DNA from: Coleofasciculus sp. B1-GNL1-01
Lineage (GTDB): Bacteria > Cyanobacteriota > Cyanobacteriia > Cyanobacteriales > Coleofasciculaceae
Direction: 5' to 3' (one strand)
NCBI GenBank assembly: GCA_040220235.1
Contig: JAVJTO010000017.1
Length of the DNA: 64,000 nt
The notes under the pieces were generated by a model that worked only from the letters and a program-made list of their open reading frames with translations, made no database searches and was not told the DNA's origin. The first letter of the stretch is position 1; the number at the start of each line of letters is the position of its first letter. Position numbers and translations under genes: made by a program. Positions 51,118 to 60,331 of this stretch are shown piece after piece.

Positions 51118-51250
51118 CGTAGGGGCGGGTTTAGGGATTAAAGGAGTTAACCCACCTCAAAATAAACAACGAAACCCGCCCTGATCCCAACCTAAATTTG
51201 ACGAATGATGAATGACAAATGACGAATGACAAATGACGAATAACAAATAA

Positions 51251-52339
51251 CTACGCCACCTGACTCAACGCTTCCGTCAGATAATCAGCCGTGGCTTCCA
51301 CAAGCGCGATCGCATTTTCATATAGCATACGAGTAGGTCCTAGAATTCCCACACTGCCCACAGGTAGATTATCCTGTTCGTATGTCGCACTAACTAACGT
51401 ACAGGTTTGCATCGGTTCCAAAGGGTTCTCTGTGCCAATTCGTACTTTTGCCCGCCGCTTAGAATTCAAATTATCCGGAAGTTCAAAGATTAGGGGCCAC
51501 AGTTGTTCCTGTTCTTCTTCCAACAAATGCAGCAACATTTGAACTTGTTGCAACTCAGCAAACTCCGGCTGACGCAATAACTCGGCAATCCCTCGAACTA
51601 AAATCGGCGTGGCTACCGATGTTTTCATCGGACGAGTTAATTCTGCCAATACCTTCTTCAAGAAATCAGCATACTGGGCAAATTCGCGGTCAAGTTCACT
51701 CCAATCCAAGTTAACCAGTTCACCCAGAGAACGTCCCCGAAGCTTACTACTTAAAAAATTAGATAATATCTGTAATTCTTGCTCAACAGCCGCTTCATCC
51801 GGTGGATCATCCTCTGATACCGAAGGCAATTCCATGACAATGGATTGGGTTTGATAGGCATCAGTCACCACAATCAACATCACCCGCCCTGGTGCGACAG
51901 ACACCAATTGCAAATGGCGCAATCGTGTTGTTTGAGTTTGAGGTAAAGTAATCAGGGTAATATACCCACTCAAGGTGGAGAGAATTTGCCCCGCATCCCG
52001 TAGCAACGCCTCAAAGTTGAAATCGTCTCCCTTCAAATGATCTGATAGTAATGTCTCGGCTTGACGTCCCAACGTATTAGAGGGTTTTATCAGCCGATCC
52101 ACATAAATCCGATATCCTGAATCCGAGGGAACCCGTCCTGCAGAGGTATGAGGTTGATAGAGTAAGCCAGATTTTTCTAGAACGCTCATACAAGAGCGAA
52201 TTGTAGCAGGACTAACACTCAGATCATACTCATGGGCTAAAACTTTGGAACCCACAGGTTCCGCCGTCGCAATGTAATGACGGATGGTTGCCCAGAGAAT
52301 ATGTTGTTGCCGACTATTAAGACTGACGTGTACAGACAT
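51251..52339 (-). CDS. hrcA: Heat-inducible transcription repressor HrcA
   Basis: [35 protein letters not shown]. Confidence 0.97.
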   Translation of the reverse strand: MSVHVSLNSRQQHILWATIRHYIATAEPVGSKVLAHEYDLSVSPATIRSCMSVLEKSGLLYQPHTSAGRVPSDSGYRIYVDRLIKPSNTLGRQAETLLSDHLKGDDFNFEALLRDAGQILSTLSGYITLITLPQTQTTRLRHLQLVSVAPGRVMLIVVTDAYQTQSIVMELPSVSEDDPPDEAAVEQELQILSNFLSSKLRGRSLGELVNLDWSELDREFAQYADFLKKVLAELTRPMKTSVATPILVRGIAELLRQPEFAELQQVQMLLHLLEEEQEQLWPLIFELPDNLNSKRRAKVRIGTENPLEPMQTCTLVSATYEQDNLPVGSVGILGPTRMLYENAIALVEATADYLTEALSQVA

Positions 52340-52564
52340 TTGAAAAAAAGCCGAACGTAATCAGATTTTCACCAGAATTCTTTAAAATCATGAGGGTTAT
52401 GGCAAATTTACGGAGAAATGTTTCTCCTAGATATCCCTAAAAATAGGTTAAATCGCCAACGCCGCTAAACTGACCTTGTAAGTGACAGGCTTTCCTGGTT
52501 GGATGAGTATTGATCCAAAGATAACAGAAGAAACCAAGATTCTGTAGCTTGCCATGATCGACCG

Positions 52565-52924
52565 CTAGTAGCGAGGGATGGTAGGATCGACCGTTGCGGA
52601 GTATGCATCAATTCCACCGACGACATTTTTGACATTGGTAAACCCCTGATCCGCTAACCACTGACACATTTGAGCCGAACGGATACCGTGGTGACACATC
52701 ACCAAGGTTTCAGCATCAGCTTCAAAGCGGCTGTGGATTTGGTCGGACCATTGGGCAAATTCGCTCAAGGGGAGAACATCAAACCCCTGAATATGCGCGA
52801 TCGCGACTTCCTGGGGTTCTCGCACGTCGATAAGCTGGAGTCCTTCCGGGGATTGGCTGATCCGCTGCGCGAGTTCCTCAACACTGATTTGGGGAATGGG
52901 TTGATTAAAGGATTGAGCTGACAT
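52565..52924 (-). CDS. Rhodanese-domain protein
   Basis: LIDVREP, CHHGIRS, GGIDAY; the upstream ORF extension is repeat-derived. Confidence 0.9.
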   Translation of the reverse strand: MSAQSFNQPIPQISVEELAQRISQSPEGLQLIDVREPQEVAIAHIQGFDVLPLSEFAQWSDQIHSRFEADAETLVMCHHGIRSAQMCQWLADQGFTNVKNVVGGIDAYSATVDPTIPRY

Positions 52925-52987
52925 AACAGATGTAACGAAAATAATACATACCAGAATACCTATATCCTTAAGATTGGCAAAGGGTGT

Positions 52988-53058
52988 GGGGGAGCTGAGG
53001 GAGCTGAGGGAGTTGGGGAAGCTGAGGGAGCTGGGGAAGCTGAGGGAGCTGAGGGAGA
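52988..53058 (+). repeat. 9-mer tandem repeat (GGGAGCTGA/GGAAGCTGG)
   Basis: About 7 units; related tracts inside the CDS at ~9158-9207 and reversed at ~26008-26043. Confidence 0.85.
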
Positions 53059-53225
53059 GCGTGTAGGGGCGGGTTTTACCATTAACGGGAAGGTTGTTCA
53101 CCCTGATATCACTAAACCCGCCCCGATTAGAGTGCAAGTCACCTTCAACAAAGGACATAAGACGTAGCTTGCTTCTCAAGGGAAGCGAGTATGACGAATG
53201 ACATAAGACAAATGACATAAGACAA

Positions 53226-54965
53226 ATGACAATGAAACTACGCTCGTTTTTTTATGCCTTAGCAGCCAGTGTGGTAATGTTGCTGTTACTCGCTGGCGGT
53301 GGCTGGTTCTGGGTCAGCGCCCACAGTCCCCTAACTCTCTTGCAGGAACAGGAGGTCAAGACTCCCACAGCGGCGATTTTTGTGCCGAAACAAGCCCCCG
53401 CCATGATATCGTTGCTCGTGAATCCAGACCGTTTGGCAGCGTTGCGGCAAGTGTTGGTTCCACCCCAGAAGCGACGAGGTGCGATCGCGGAATTTAAGCA
53501 ACTGGAAAATAGTCTGCTGGCGAATTTGGGGCTGGATTATCAACGGGACATTCAACCCTGGATTGATGATGAACTGACCCTGGCGGTAACGTCGTTAGAT
53601 GTTGACCGGAATCCCGAAAATGCGGCACAACCGGGATATTTACTCGTTTTTACCACCAACGATCCTGAAGCCGCGCAGGAACAGGTTTATTCTCGACTCG
53701 CGATTACCGACCCAGCCGATTTAGTGGTTGAATCCTATAAAGGGGTCAACCTAATTTATCAATCCTCGAATCCCCCAGGGAAAAAGGTTGCAGAGGATAC
53801 AGACTCTCGTTCCATCCCGGATACCTTAACCAGCGCGATTGTGGGCGATCGCTTTGTCCTCTACGCCAATCAGCCTAAGGTCTTGCGGAATGCGATTAAT
53901 ACGGTACAAGTACCTGATTTGAGTTTGGCAGAAAATTTCGATTATCAACAACTGCTGCAAAGTCTGACCGAACCGCGTATTGGATTCAGCGTGGTGAATT
54001 TACCCGCCCTAGCCGCTTGGATTTCCAATCAACCGATTCCTAATCGTGAGTCATTTGAGGCGTCTAAAAGCTTGGCGATTACCTTGTCCCTCACTCGTCA
54101 GGGGTTGTTAGCACAAACGGCGATTCCTCGGTCAAAATCGAGTCCAGAATCGATTACCCCAGTCTTATCCCAGCCTGTTGATGCCCTCCAGTACATTCCC
54201 ACCCAAAGTGCGTTAGCAATTGCTGGGGTGAATTTAAACCAATTTTGGGAACAACTGTCCACCCGACTGGAAACCGATGAGAATCTCAGTAGCTTACTCG
54301 ACCAAGGAATTGCCCAGTTAGAGTCTCGTTGGGGGATTCAATTACCAGAAGAGATTTTCAGTTGGGTGGAACAAGACTATGCCTTATCCCTGTTTCCTCG
54401 ACCGGATCAACCGAATCCCGACTGGATTTTTGTGGCGCAAACGGCTAACAATGATCGGGCAATTGACGCGATTGAGCATTTGGATATCGTCGCCAAACAG
54501 CAGGGACTCAATGTGGGAGAACTCCCGTTTGGCGATCGCACGACGACGGCGTGGACGAAGTTGGTGACAGCGAAAGCGCTGAAGAATCGCCAAGATGGGT
54601 TGTTAAGTCTACAAGCCCAAGTTCGGGGGGTTCACACCACGGTGGGAGACTATGAAGTGTTTGCCACATCCATTGAGGCGATGGACGCCGCCCTTGGGGG
54701 CGTGAAGGATTCACTGGTTCAGAACCTAGACTTTCAGAACGCGATCGCGGCTTTACCGACTCGAAATGATGGGTATCTCTATCTCAACTGGTTAGAGAGC
54801 CAACCCTTAATTGAGCGTCAGCTTCCCATTTTGCGGGTGGTGGAACTCATTGGTCAACCTTTATTTAACCACCTGCGATCGCTAACCATTACCAGTTATG
54901 GTATGAATCAGGATGTTCAACAGAGTCAGTTATTTTTCCAATGGGTTGATCGTTCCTCTGGCTAA
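53226..54965 (+). CDS. DUF3352 family protein
   Basis: N-terminal TM anchor; AAIFVPKQAP, LDYQRDIQPWI, repeated two-half architecture. Confidence 0.8.
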   Translation: MTMKLRSFFYALAASVVMLLLLAGGGWFWVSAHSPLTLLQEQEVKTPTAAIFVPKQAPAMISLLVNPDRLAALRQVLVPPQKRRGAIAEFKQLENSLLANLGLDYQRDIQPWIDDELTLAVTSLDVDRNPENAAQPGYLLVFTTNDPEAAQEQVYSRLAITDPADLVVESYKGVNLIYQSSNPPGKKVAEDTDSRSIPDTLTSAIVGDRFVLYANQPKVLRNAINTVQVPDLSLAENFDYQQLLQSLTEPRIGFSVVNLPALAAWISNQPIPNRESFEASKSLAITLSLTRQGLLAQTAIPRSKSSPESITPVLSQPVDALQYIPTQSALAIAGVNLNQFWEQLSTRLETDENLSSLLDQGIAQLESRWGIQLPEEIFSWVEQDYALSLFPRPDQPNPDWIFVAQTANNDRAIDAIEHLDIVAKQQGLNVGELPFGDRTTTAWTKLVTAKALKNRQDGLLSLQAQVRGVHTTVGDYEVFATSIEAMDAALGGVKDSLVQNLDFQNAIAALPTRNDGYLYLNWLESQPLIERQLPILRVVELIGQPLFNHLRSLTITSYGMNQDVQQSQLFFQWVDRSSG

Positions 54966-55190
54966 AACGAATTAGTCTCGGAATAGAGTTATCATCAACA
55001 AGGTAGGGGCGACCCGCTTAGCTTAATTAACAACGCCAGAAACAGGGCGGGTTTACATAAGTTACCAGTTTTTGCTTACATGGTATCGGTAAAACCCGCC
55101 CCTACAGACGGTCGGGTCGCCCTCTACTAAATTGGGTCGGGTCGCCCTCTTCTCAAACCTTTATATCAGAACGTTTTTCATAGGAAGTTG

Positions 55191-55871
55191 ATGGAACCAA
55201 CAATCCGACCCAGAGTTAAAATTTGCTGCATTAGTAGCATGAACGAAGCCAATTTAGCCATTCGTTATGGCGCTGCTGCCATAGGCTTAGTATCCGAGAT
55301 GCCCAGTGGACCGGGTATGGTGTCTGAAGGCTTGATTGCCCAAGTCACCACTAAAGTCCCTCCGGGTGTCTCATCATTTCTACTCACCAGTAAATTTGAT
55401 ACCTTAGCCATTGTTGCCCAGCAACGACGCCTAGGCGTTAACACGATTCAGATTTGCGATCGCCTACAGTGGGGAAGCCATGATGATTTACGTCAGGCAT
55501 TACCTGGAATTGCCATTGTCCAAGCGATTCATATTACCAGCGAAGCCGCGATCGAGGAAGCGTTAGCCGTTGCGCCCTCTGTTTCTGCATTGATACTCGA
55601 TTCGGGGAATCCCCTGTTACCAGAAAAAGAACTGGGCAGAACCGGGCGAGTTCATGATTGGACGATTAGCCGACGCATCCGGGAATTAGTCAACGTGCCT
55701 GTTTTCTTAGCGGGTGGACTCACTCCAGATAATGTCAAGGATGCGATTCAAGCCGTTCAACCCTTTGGCGTGGATGTCTGTAGTGGGGTTCGCACGAATG
55801 GCAAATTAGATGAGGGTAAACTCTCTGAGTTCTTCAATCAAGTGTATGAAAGTTTAACGCTCTTTGAGTGA
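55191..55871 (+). CDS. trpF: Phosphoribosylanthranilate isomerase-like protein
   Basis: VKICCI, LDSG, TGRVHDW, FLAGGLTPDNV, GVDVCSGV. Confidence 0.8.
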   Translation: MEPTIRPRVKICCISSMNEANLAIRYGAAAIGLVSEMPSGPGMVSEGLIAQVTTKVPPGVSSFLLTSKFDTLAIVAQQRRLGVNTIQICDRLQWGSHDDLRQALPGIAIVQAIHITSEAAIEEALAVAPSVSALILDSGNPLLPEKELGRTGRVHDWTISRRIRELVNVPVFLAGGLTPDNVKDAIQAVQPFGVDVCSGVRTNGKLDEGKLSEFFNQVYESLTLFE

Positions 55872-55925
55872 GGCAAAGTAAACACTTGAGGTTAGAATGG
55901 ATTGCAAAGCTTAGAGCCATTGCTT

Positions 55926-56201
55926 ATGCTGCGTACATTTCGGGCTATCCTGAAGGGCAATTTGCTGGAATGGCAGGAGGAAGTCAATCAGGGGCTTCAG
56001 GGCGATTGTCCGGTTCAGGTTCTAGTCACTTTTATCCAGGAAGAACCGCTGATTACAACCCACAGCCGTGGGCAACAAATGGCGGCAGTAGTAGAACAAT
56101 TAGCGCAGACACAGGTATTTTCAGGGATCGATCCTTTAGTATGGCAGCGCCAGAGCAGACAGGATCGTGAACGTCCAGGGGAAGTCAATGATGCTACTTG
56201 A
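55926..56201 (+). CDS. Probable antitoxin of a VapBC-type pair
   Basis: IDPLVWQRQSRQDR C-terminal motif; overlaps a PIN-domain start. Confidence 0.6.
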   Translation: MLRTFRAILKGNLLEWQEEVNQGLQGDCPVQVLVTFIQEEPLITTHSRGQQMAAVVEQLAQTQVFSGIDPLVWQRQSRQDRERPGEVNDAT

Positions 56202-56331
56202 TAGTAACATCATTATTTACGCGACTCGCCCCGAATATGTCTGGTTACGTGAATTCATTACTTTGTTTGTCCTGGTGATCGCGATCGCGTCTTTGAAGAG
56301 GATTTTATTGACGTCATCTTTAACTCACTAA
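56188..56331 (+). pseudogene. Truncated PIN/VapC toxin
   Basis: MMLLDSNIIIY PIN N-terminus; only 47 codons, similarity lost near a HIP1 cluster. Confidence 0.65.
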
Positions 56332-56659
56332 ACGCCAATAGCAAGCTACGTAAGGGTTTGAAGCTTGTATTTACATAAATTAACATAGTTTCATTTATTT
56401 CCATCAACCTACTTACAGTTATTTCAGCCTAAAGATAGGGTATTTTTCACCAGGCATGAGTCTAAGCTGAAGTGTATTCAACGACACGAATTTACCGAAA
56501 AACTATGCCGAGAGCCTCAGTTGAGTAATACATAAAAAAGATTACTCAAAATTATTCACATTTTAGTTTATTCGTCAACCCCTATTACTGGACTGGTGTT
56601 CTGGCAATTATACCAACCCTATATCTCTATATACGGAATAAAAAATAAGGAGCAATTTC

Positions 56660-57436
56660 ATGGCAAACGATCGAGACCAACAGAACAACGTAGAAGTTCT
56701 TGAACAAGGCAACATCTACTTCTGTTACCGACCCAAAGTCGAAGAACATTCTGTCGAAGGACTTGATGATGTGCAGCGGTTCTACATAGTTCTGAAACCT
56801 CACGGAAAGGCATCCTATCGCCTGATTGTAGTCGGACAAAAACAACTACCAGAAGTGAGCCAGCATGGGCAACAAACTTGGGGCTTTGTCGAAAGTGTCA
56901 GTAGTGACGCCAAAAAGATTGAGCAGGGTTTAAGAGAAAAGACCTATCAGACAAAAACCCGAGGCAAACGAGAGCAACCTGCTGCCCGTTCCGTTGGCGA
57001 AGGGGTCTATGATCTGGTGCTTCATAACGATCACACTCATCTTGTCTATGCCCTGGAACTTCCGGAAGAACAAGGTCAGGCGCAGCAGGAACTACGGATC
57101 GAACCGGAAGGAAGTTATATTCTTAATATCAAAAATCCCGATAAACCATCTCCGCAGGGCGCTGGCTTAGGAGAGGAGCAAAAAGTTGACTTCCCGCAAC
57201 ACCTGCAAAAACAGTTTGAAAATCATCGTTTTATTGCCGCCAACCCCCCAGATTTTCTCGATTACAGTGGCGCTGAAATGGTGTTAATTTCAGCCGCCGC
57301 CGATGTTTCTAAAGAACTCGGTATCGAACTCGATCCACAATCAGAAACCGAAAGTACGGCGGAAATTCTGAATGATCTGCGGATGCGTAAGTCACGCCAT
57401 CCCATTGAACCACTTCTAACAGGAGAATGGCGTTAA
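56660..57436 (+). CDS. Conserved hypothetical protein
   Basis: 258-aa ORF with AAGGAG RBS. Confidence 0.8.
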   Translation: MANDRDQQNNVEVLEQGNIYFCYRPKVEEHSVEGLDDVQRFYIVLKPHGKASYRLIVVGQKQLPEVSQHGQQTWGFVESVSSDAKKIEQGLREKTYQTKTRGKREQPAARSVGEGVYDLVLHNDHTHLVYALELPEEQGQAQQELRIEPEGSYILNIKNPDKPSPQGAGLGEEQKVDFPQHLQKQFENHRFIAANPPDFLDYSGAEMVLISAAADVSKELGIELDPQSETESTAEILNDLRMRKSRHPIEPLLTGEWR

Positions 57437-57635
57437 TTAGAGATGTCAAATCCTTACCGTTCCCCGTTACACACCGAGCGAAGCCGAGGTGTTCCCCGTT
57501 CCCTGTGCCCTGTGTCCTTGTCCTCCAACCCTTACATAAACGTAGCTTGCTTCTCGATGAAAGCGAGTATGACAAATGACAAATGACAAATGACGACCCC
57601 CGCCGTTAACTTTAATTTTGCCCACCTACTTAATA

Positions 57636-58430
57636 ATGACTTTATCTGAAGAAAAACTGCAACGTCAGTACACAATGGTTGATGGTTTGTCCATACACGA
57701 TCGCAGATCGGCAGAGGCGCTACCCGAAGACGCTCCAACTGTGATCCTGATCCATGGACTGGTGGTTTCCAGTCGCTATATGATGCCCACCGCTGAGTTA
57801 CTCGCACCCGTTGCTCATGTCTACGCGCCCGACTTGCCCGGTTATGGTGAAAGTGATAAGCCAGACTATATGCTGGAGTTACCTGAATTAGCCGATATTT
57901 TGTGTAAATGGATGGACGCCGTAGGAATCGAGAAGGCGACAATGCTGGGGAATTCCTTCGGCTGTCAAATTATTGTAGAGTTTGCCATCCGTCATCCTCA
58001 TCGTATCGAACGGGCGGTGCTTCAGGGACCAACAATGAATCGGCACACCCGCACCTTCGGGGAACAGTTGTGGCAATTGATTCTAGACTCACGCTATGAA
58101 GATTCCTCCCAAGCACCGATTCAACTCTACGATTATTGGCAGGCTGGTTTGCTGCGGGCTGTTTGTACGATCCAGATTGCCTTAGCCGATCGCATCGAGG
58201 CAAAGCTTCCCGACGTACAAGTCCCCACCCTGGTTGTGCGCGGTGAAAAAGACCCTCTGGTGCCACCGTATTGGGCAGAGGAAGTCGTGGAACTGTTGCC
58301 CCAAGGTCAATTAGCCGTGATTCCTGGGGGCGGACATACCCTCAATTACAGCGCTCCTGTAGAATTGAGCCGTATAACAAAAGCGTTCCTAGAGGCAACA
58401 AAATCGCATCAGTTGACACAGGAGATCTAA
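57636..58430 (+). CDS. Alpha/beta fold hydrolase
   Basis: IHGL, DLPGYGES, GNSFG, GEKD, GGGH catalytic triad. Confidence 0.9.
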   Translation: MTLSEEKLQRQYTMVDGLSIHDRRSAEALPEDAPTVILIHGLVVSSRYMMPTAELLAPVAHVYAPDLPGYGESDKPDYMLELPELADILCKWMDAVGIEKATMLGNSFGCQIIVEFAIRHPHRIERAVLQGPTMNRHTRTFGEQLWQLILDSRYEDSSQAPIQLYDYWQAGLLRAVCTIQIALADRIEAKLPDVQVPTLVVRGEKDPLVPPYWAEEVVELLPQGQLAVIPGGGHTLNYSAPVELSRITKAFLEATKSHQLTQEI

Positions 58431-59906
58431 GTGAATATACCTTTTAACAATCGCATGTTGACTTCTATGTTGGCAATGATGCGAATAGCCCCCCCTTACA
58501 TTGCTGACTTTGACTCCGCCTCAGGGATGCTGCGGGCGACGGCGGCGTATTTACGGGGGGAAGATTTTCCCGGAGTCGGTATCGCACCACCTGTTACAGA
58601 ACCCCTCATCGCCCTAGTGAACCAGTTACCCCGTTCTCTCCAGGAATCGATTTACATTCAGGGTAGTGCAGGTGAAGCCATTGCCGCTGATCAGTTAGGG
58701 AATGTCAGTGCTGATGCTGTGGCTCAATGGATGGTGAGTGAGTATCCCCAGCGTTCCTACCCAGCCGTTGCGATCGGTTCTTCCTGTGGGGCGTTGGTTC
58801 ATCTCTACGCCGCTTTGGACATGCCATGGTTACCCCAAACCTTTCTCATCCCAGTAAAGCATCCAGGGATTGATCCAGACGAGCCAAAAAAGATTTTAGA
58901 GTGGAGTAAACAACCCGCTAGGGATCTACTAGAGGCTAATCCTGATCTCACGTTATATCAGATGCATGATCCGAGTCAGGATCGGCTGACGAGTCAGGGA
59001 ATGAGCTATTTTCGCGTCAAGCGCTTGCGCTTGGGTAAAACGTATGAGCGCTTCTTGGAGAATTCGTTACCCAGAGGCGGGACAATTTTTCTCGTCGAAT
59101 GTCAGCGCACCTTCCCGACAACTCAGATTAGCGATCGCCATATTTTCCAGTTTGGCGCATTAGGTGGTGCAACAGCAGAAGAGTTCCTCCACGGTGGCGA
59201 ACGAGTTGCTCAGTTTCTGGAGAAATACCAGTCACCTCTGCGACAATGGGACGCACCCACTCCAGATCGCGATCGCCCCGAGGCGGAGTGGGGCTTTGAG
59301 CCAAGCCTACGCGAGGATGTGGAGCGTTTTGCCCGTCAGCGAGGGTATCGGGTGCGGCGGATCACGTTTGAGCAACCGGAGGATATGAGTCCCTTTGTGG
59401 CTGAATTTTATCGGTGGTGGTACAAGCAGCGTCAGATTGTTTCCAATCGGTTATTAGTTGAATCCTTTATCCTGCAAGAACCGTTTTGGACGTTGCGAAC
59501 GGGTTCAGTACCGTTTTGGATGAAGTTTAATACGGAAGTGTCTTTCAATTGGCTAAACCAATATTTAGACAGTACAGACGCTTATGATGAGATCTACATG
59601 ATGCTCTTTTCTCATGGAACAGATTCCATCGGTTTGTCTTCGATTGAGGATTGGCGTACTGTTCTCAACCGCGCCCGTTTACGGGGTGAGTTTGTTGGCG
59701 TAGATGAGGACAAATATCCCAGGGATTTTGCCACGTTTATGCACTACTACACCGATTTACCGAAGACGATTCGGGTACGTTACCCACTCCCTGAACCCCT
59801 AGCCCTAGAGAAACTGGATCAATTTATTGGTGAAAGGGGCGATGAGTTTCCCGTGCATTGGAGTGATGATGTGTTAGGCGATGTTCAGGGAGGAAAACGT
59901 TCATAG
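58431..59906 (+). CDS. Hypothetical protein, abutting the hydrolase gene
   Basis: 491-aa ORF starting immediately after the previous stop. Confidence 0.75.
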   Translation: MNIPFNNRMLTSMLAMMRIAPPYIADFDSASGMLRATAAYLRGEDFPGVGIAPPVTEPLIALVNQLPRSLQESIYIQGSAGEAIAADQLGNVSADAVAQWMVSEYPQRSYPAVAIGSSCGALVHLYAALDMPWLPQTFLIPVKHPGIDPDEPKKILEWSKQPARDLLEANPDLTLYQMHDPSQDRLTSQGMSYFRVKRLRLGKTYERFLENSLPRGGTIFLVECQRTFPTTQISDRHIFQFGALGGATAEEFLHGGERVAQFLEKYQSPLRQWDAPTPDRDRPEAEWGFEPSLREDVERFARQRGYRVRRITFEQPEDMSPFVAEFYRWWYKQRQIVSNRLLVESFILQEPFWTLRTGSVPFWMKFNTEVSFNWLNQYLDSTDAYDEIYMMLFSHGTDSIGLSSIEDWRTVLNRARLRGEFVGVDEDKYPRDFATFMHYYTDLPKTIRVRYPLPEPLALEKLDQFIGERGDEFPVHWSDDVLGDVQGGKRS

Positions 59907-60146
59907 TTTGTAGTCAGGGCTTTAGCCCTTATTCCCCACGCGATCGCTTATCAGGATGAACCAACCCATCGTGCGATCGCGCAGCATCACCCCAGCCTAG
60001 AGGTGATTCAATTTATGCATATTTTCCCTCAAGTTGAGAGATAGTAGGTATAGTAAGCCAGCAATCGGTACTCTGTAACTTTCCCTTGGGCAAGTCTCCA
60101 GATCCGTTGAATGAGTCTAAATTCCAGCATAACAGGGGTGGGAAAG

Positions 60147-60275
60147 TATAGCGGTACTAAGACAGGTTAGGACATTCTTTACTGTTACCTGTTACCTGTT
60201 ACCTGTTCCCTGTTCCCTGTTCCCTGTTCCCTCTTGGGATCAACTGATGTCCTAACATATCCTCGTAGTGCTATA
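60147..60275. mobile_element. TATAGC-ended (IS630-type) MITE enclosing an STRR heptamer tract
   Basis: 29-bp imperfect TIRs (TATAGC...GTTAGGACAT / ATGTCCTAAC...GCTATA), internal (CTGTTAC/CTGTTCC)n. Confidence 0.7.
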
Positions 60276-60331
60276 AAAATACAATCCAAAAATGTGGGTG
60301 AAGCGTCAACCCATAATCCAAAATTGTTATC

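Noticed and set aside
52925..53218. N-terminal extension of the rhodanese ORF
   Set aside because: Encoded by STRR and REP repeats (SLSSLSFP...); the real start is probably 52924.
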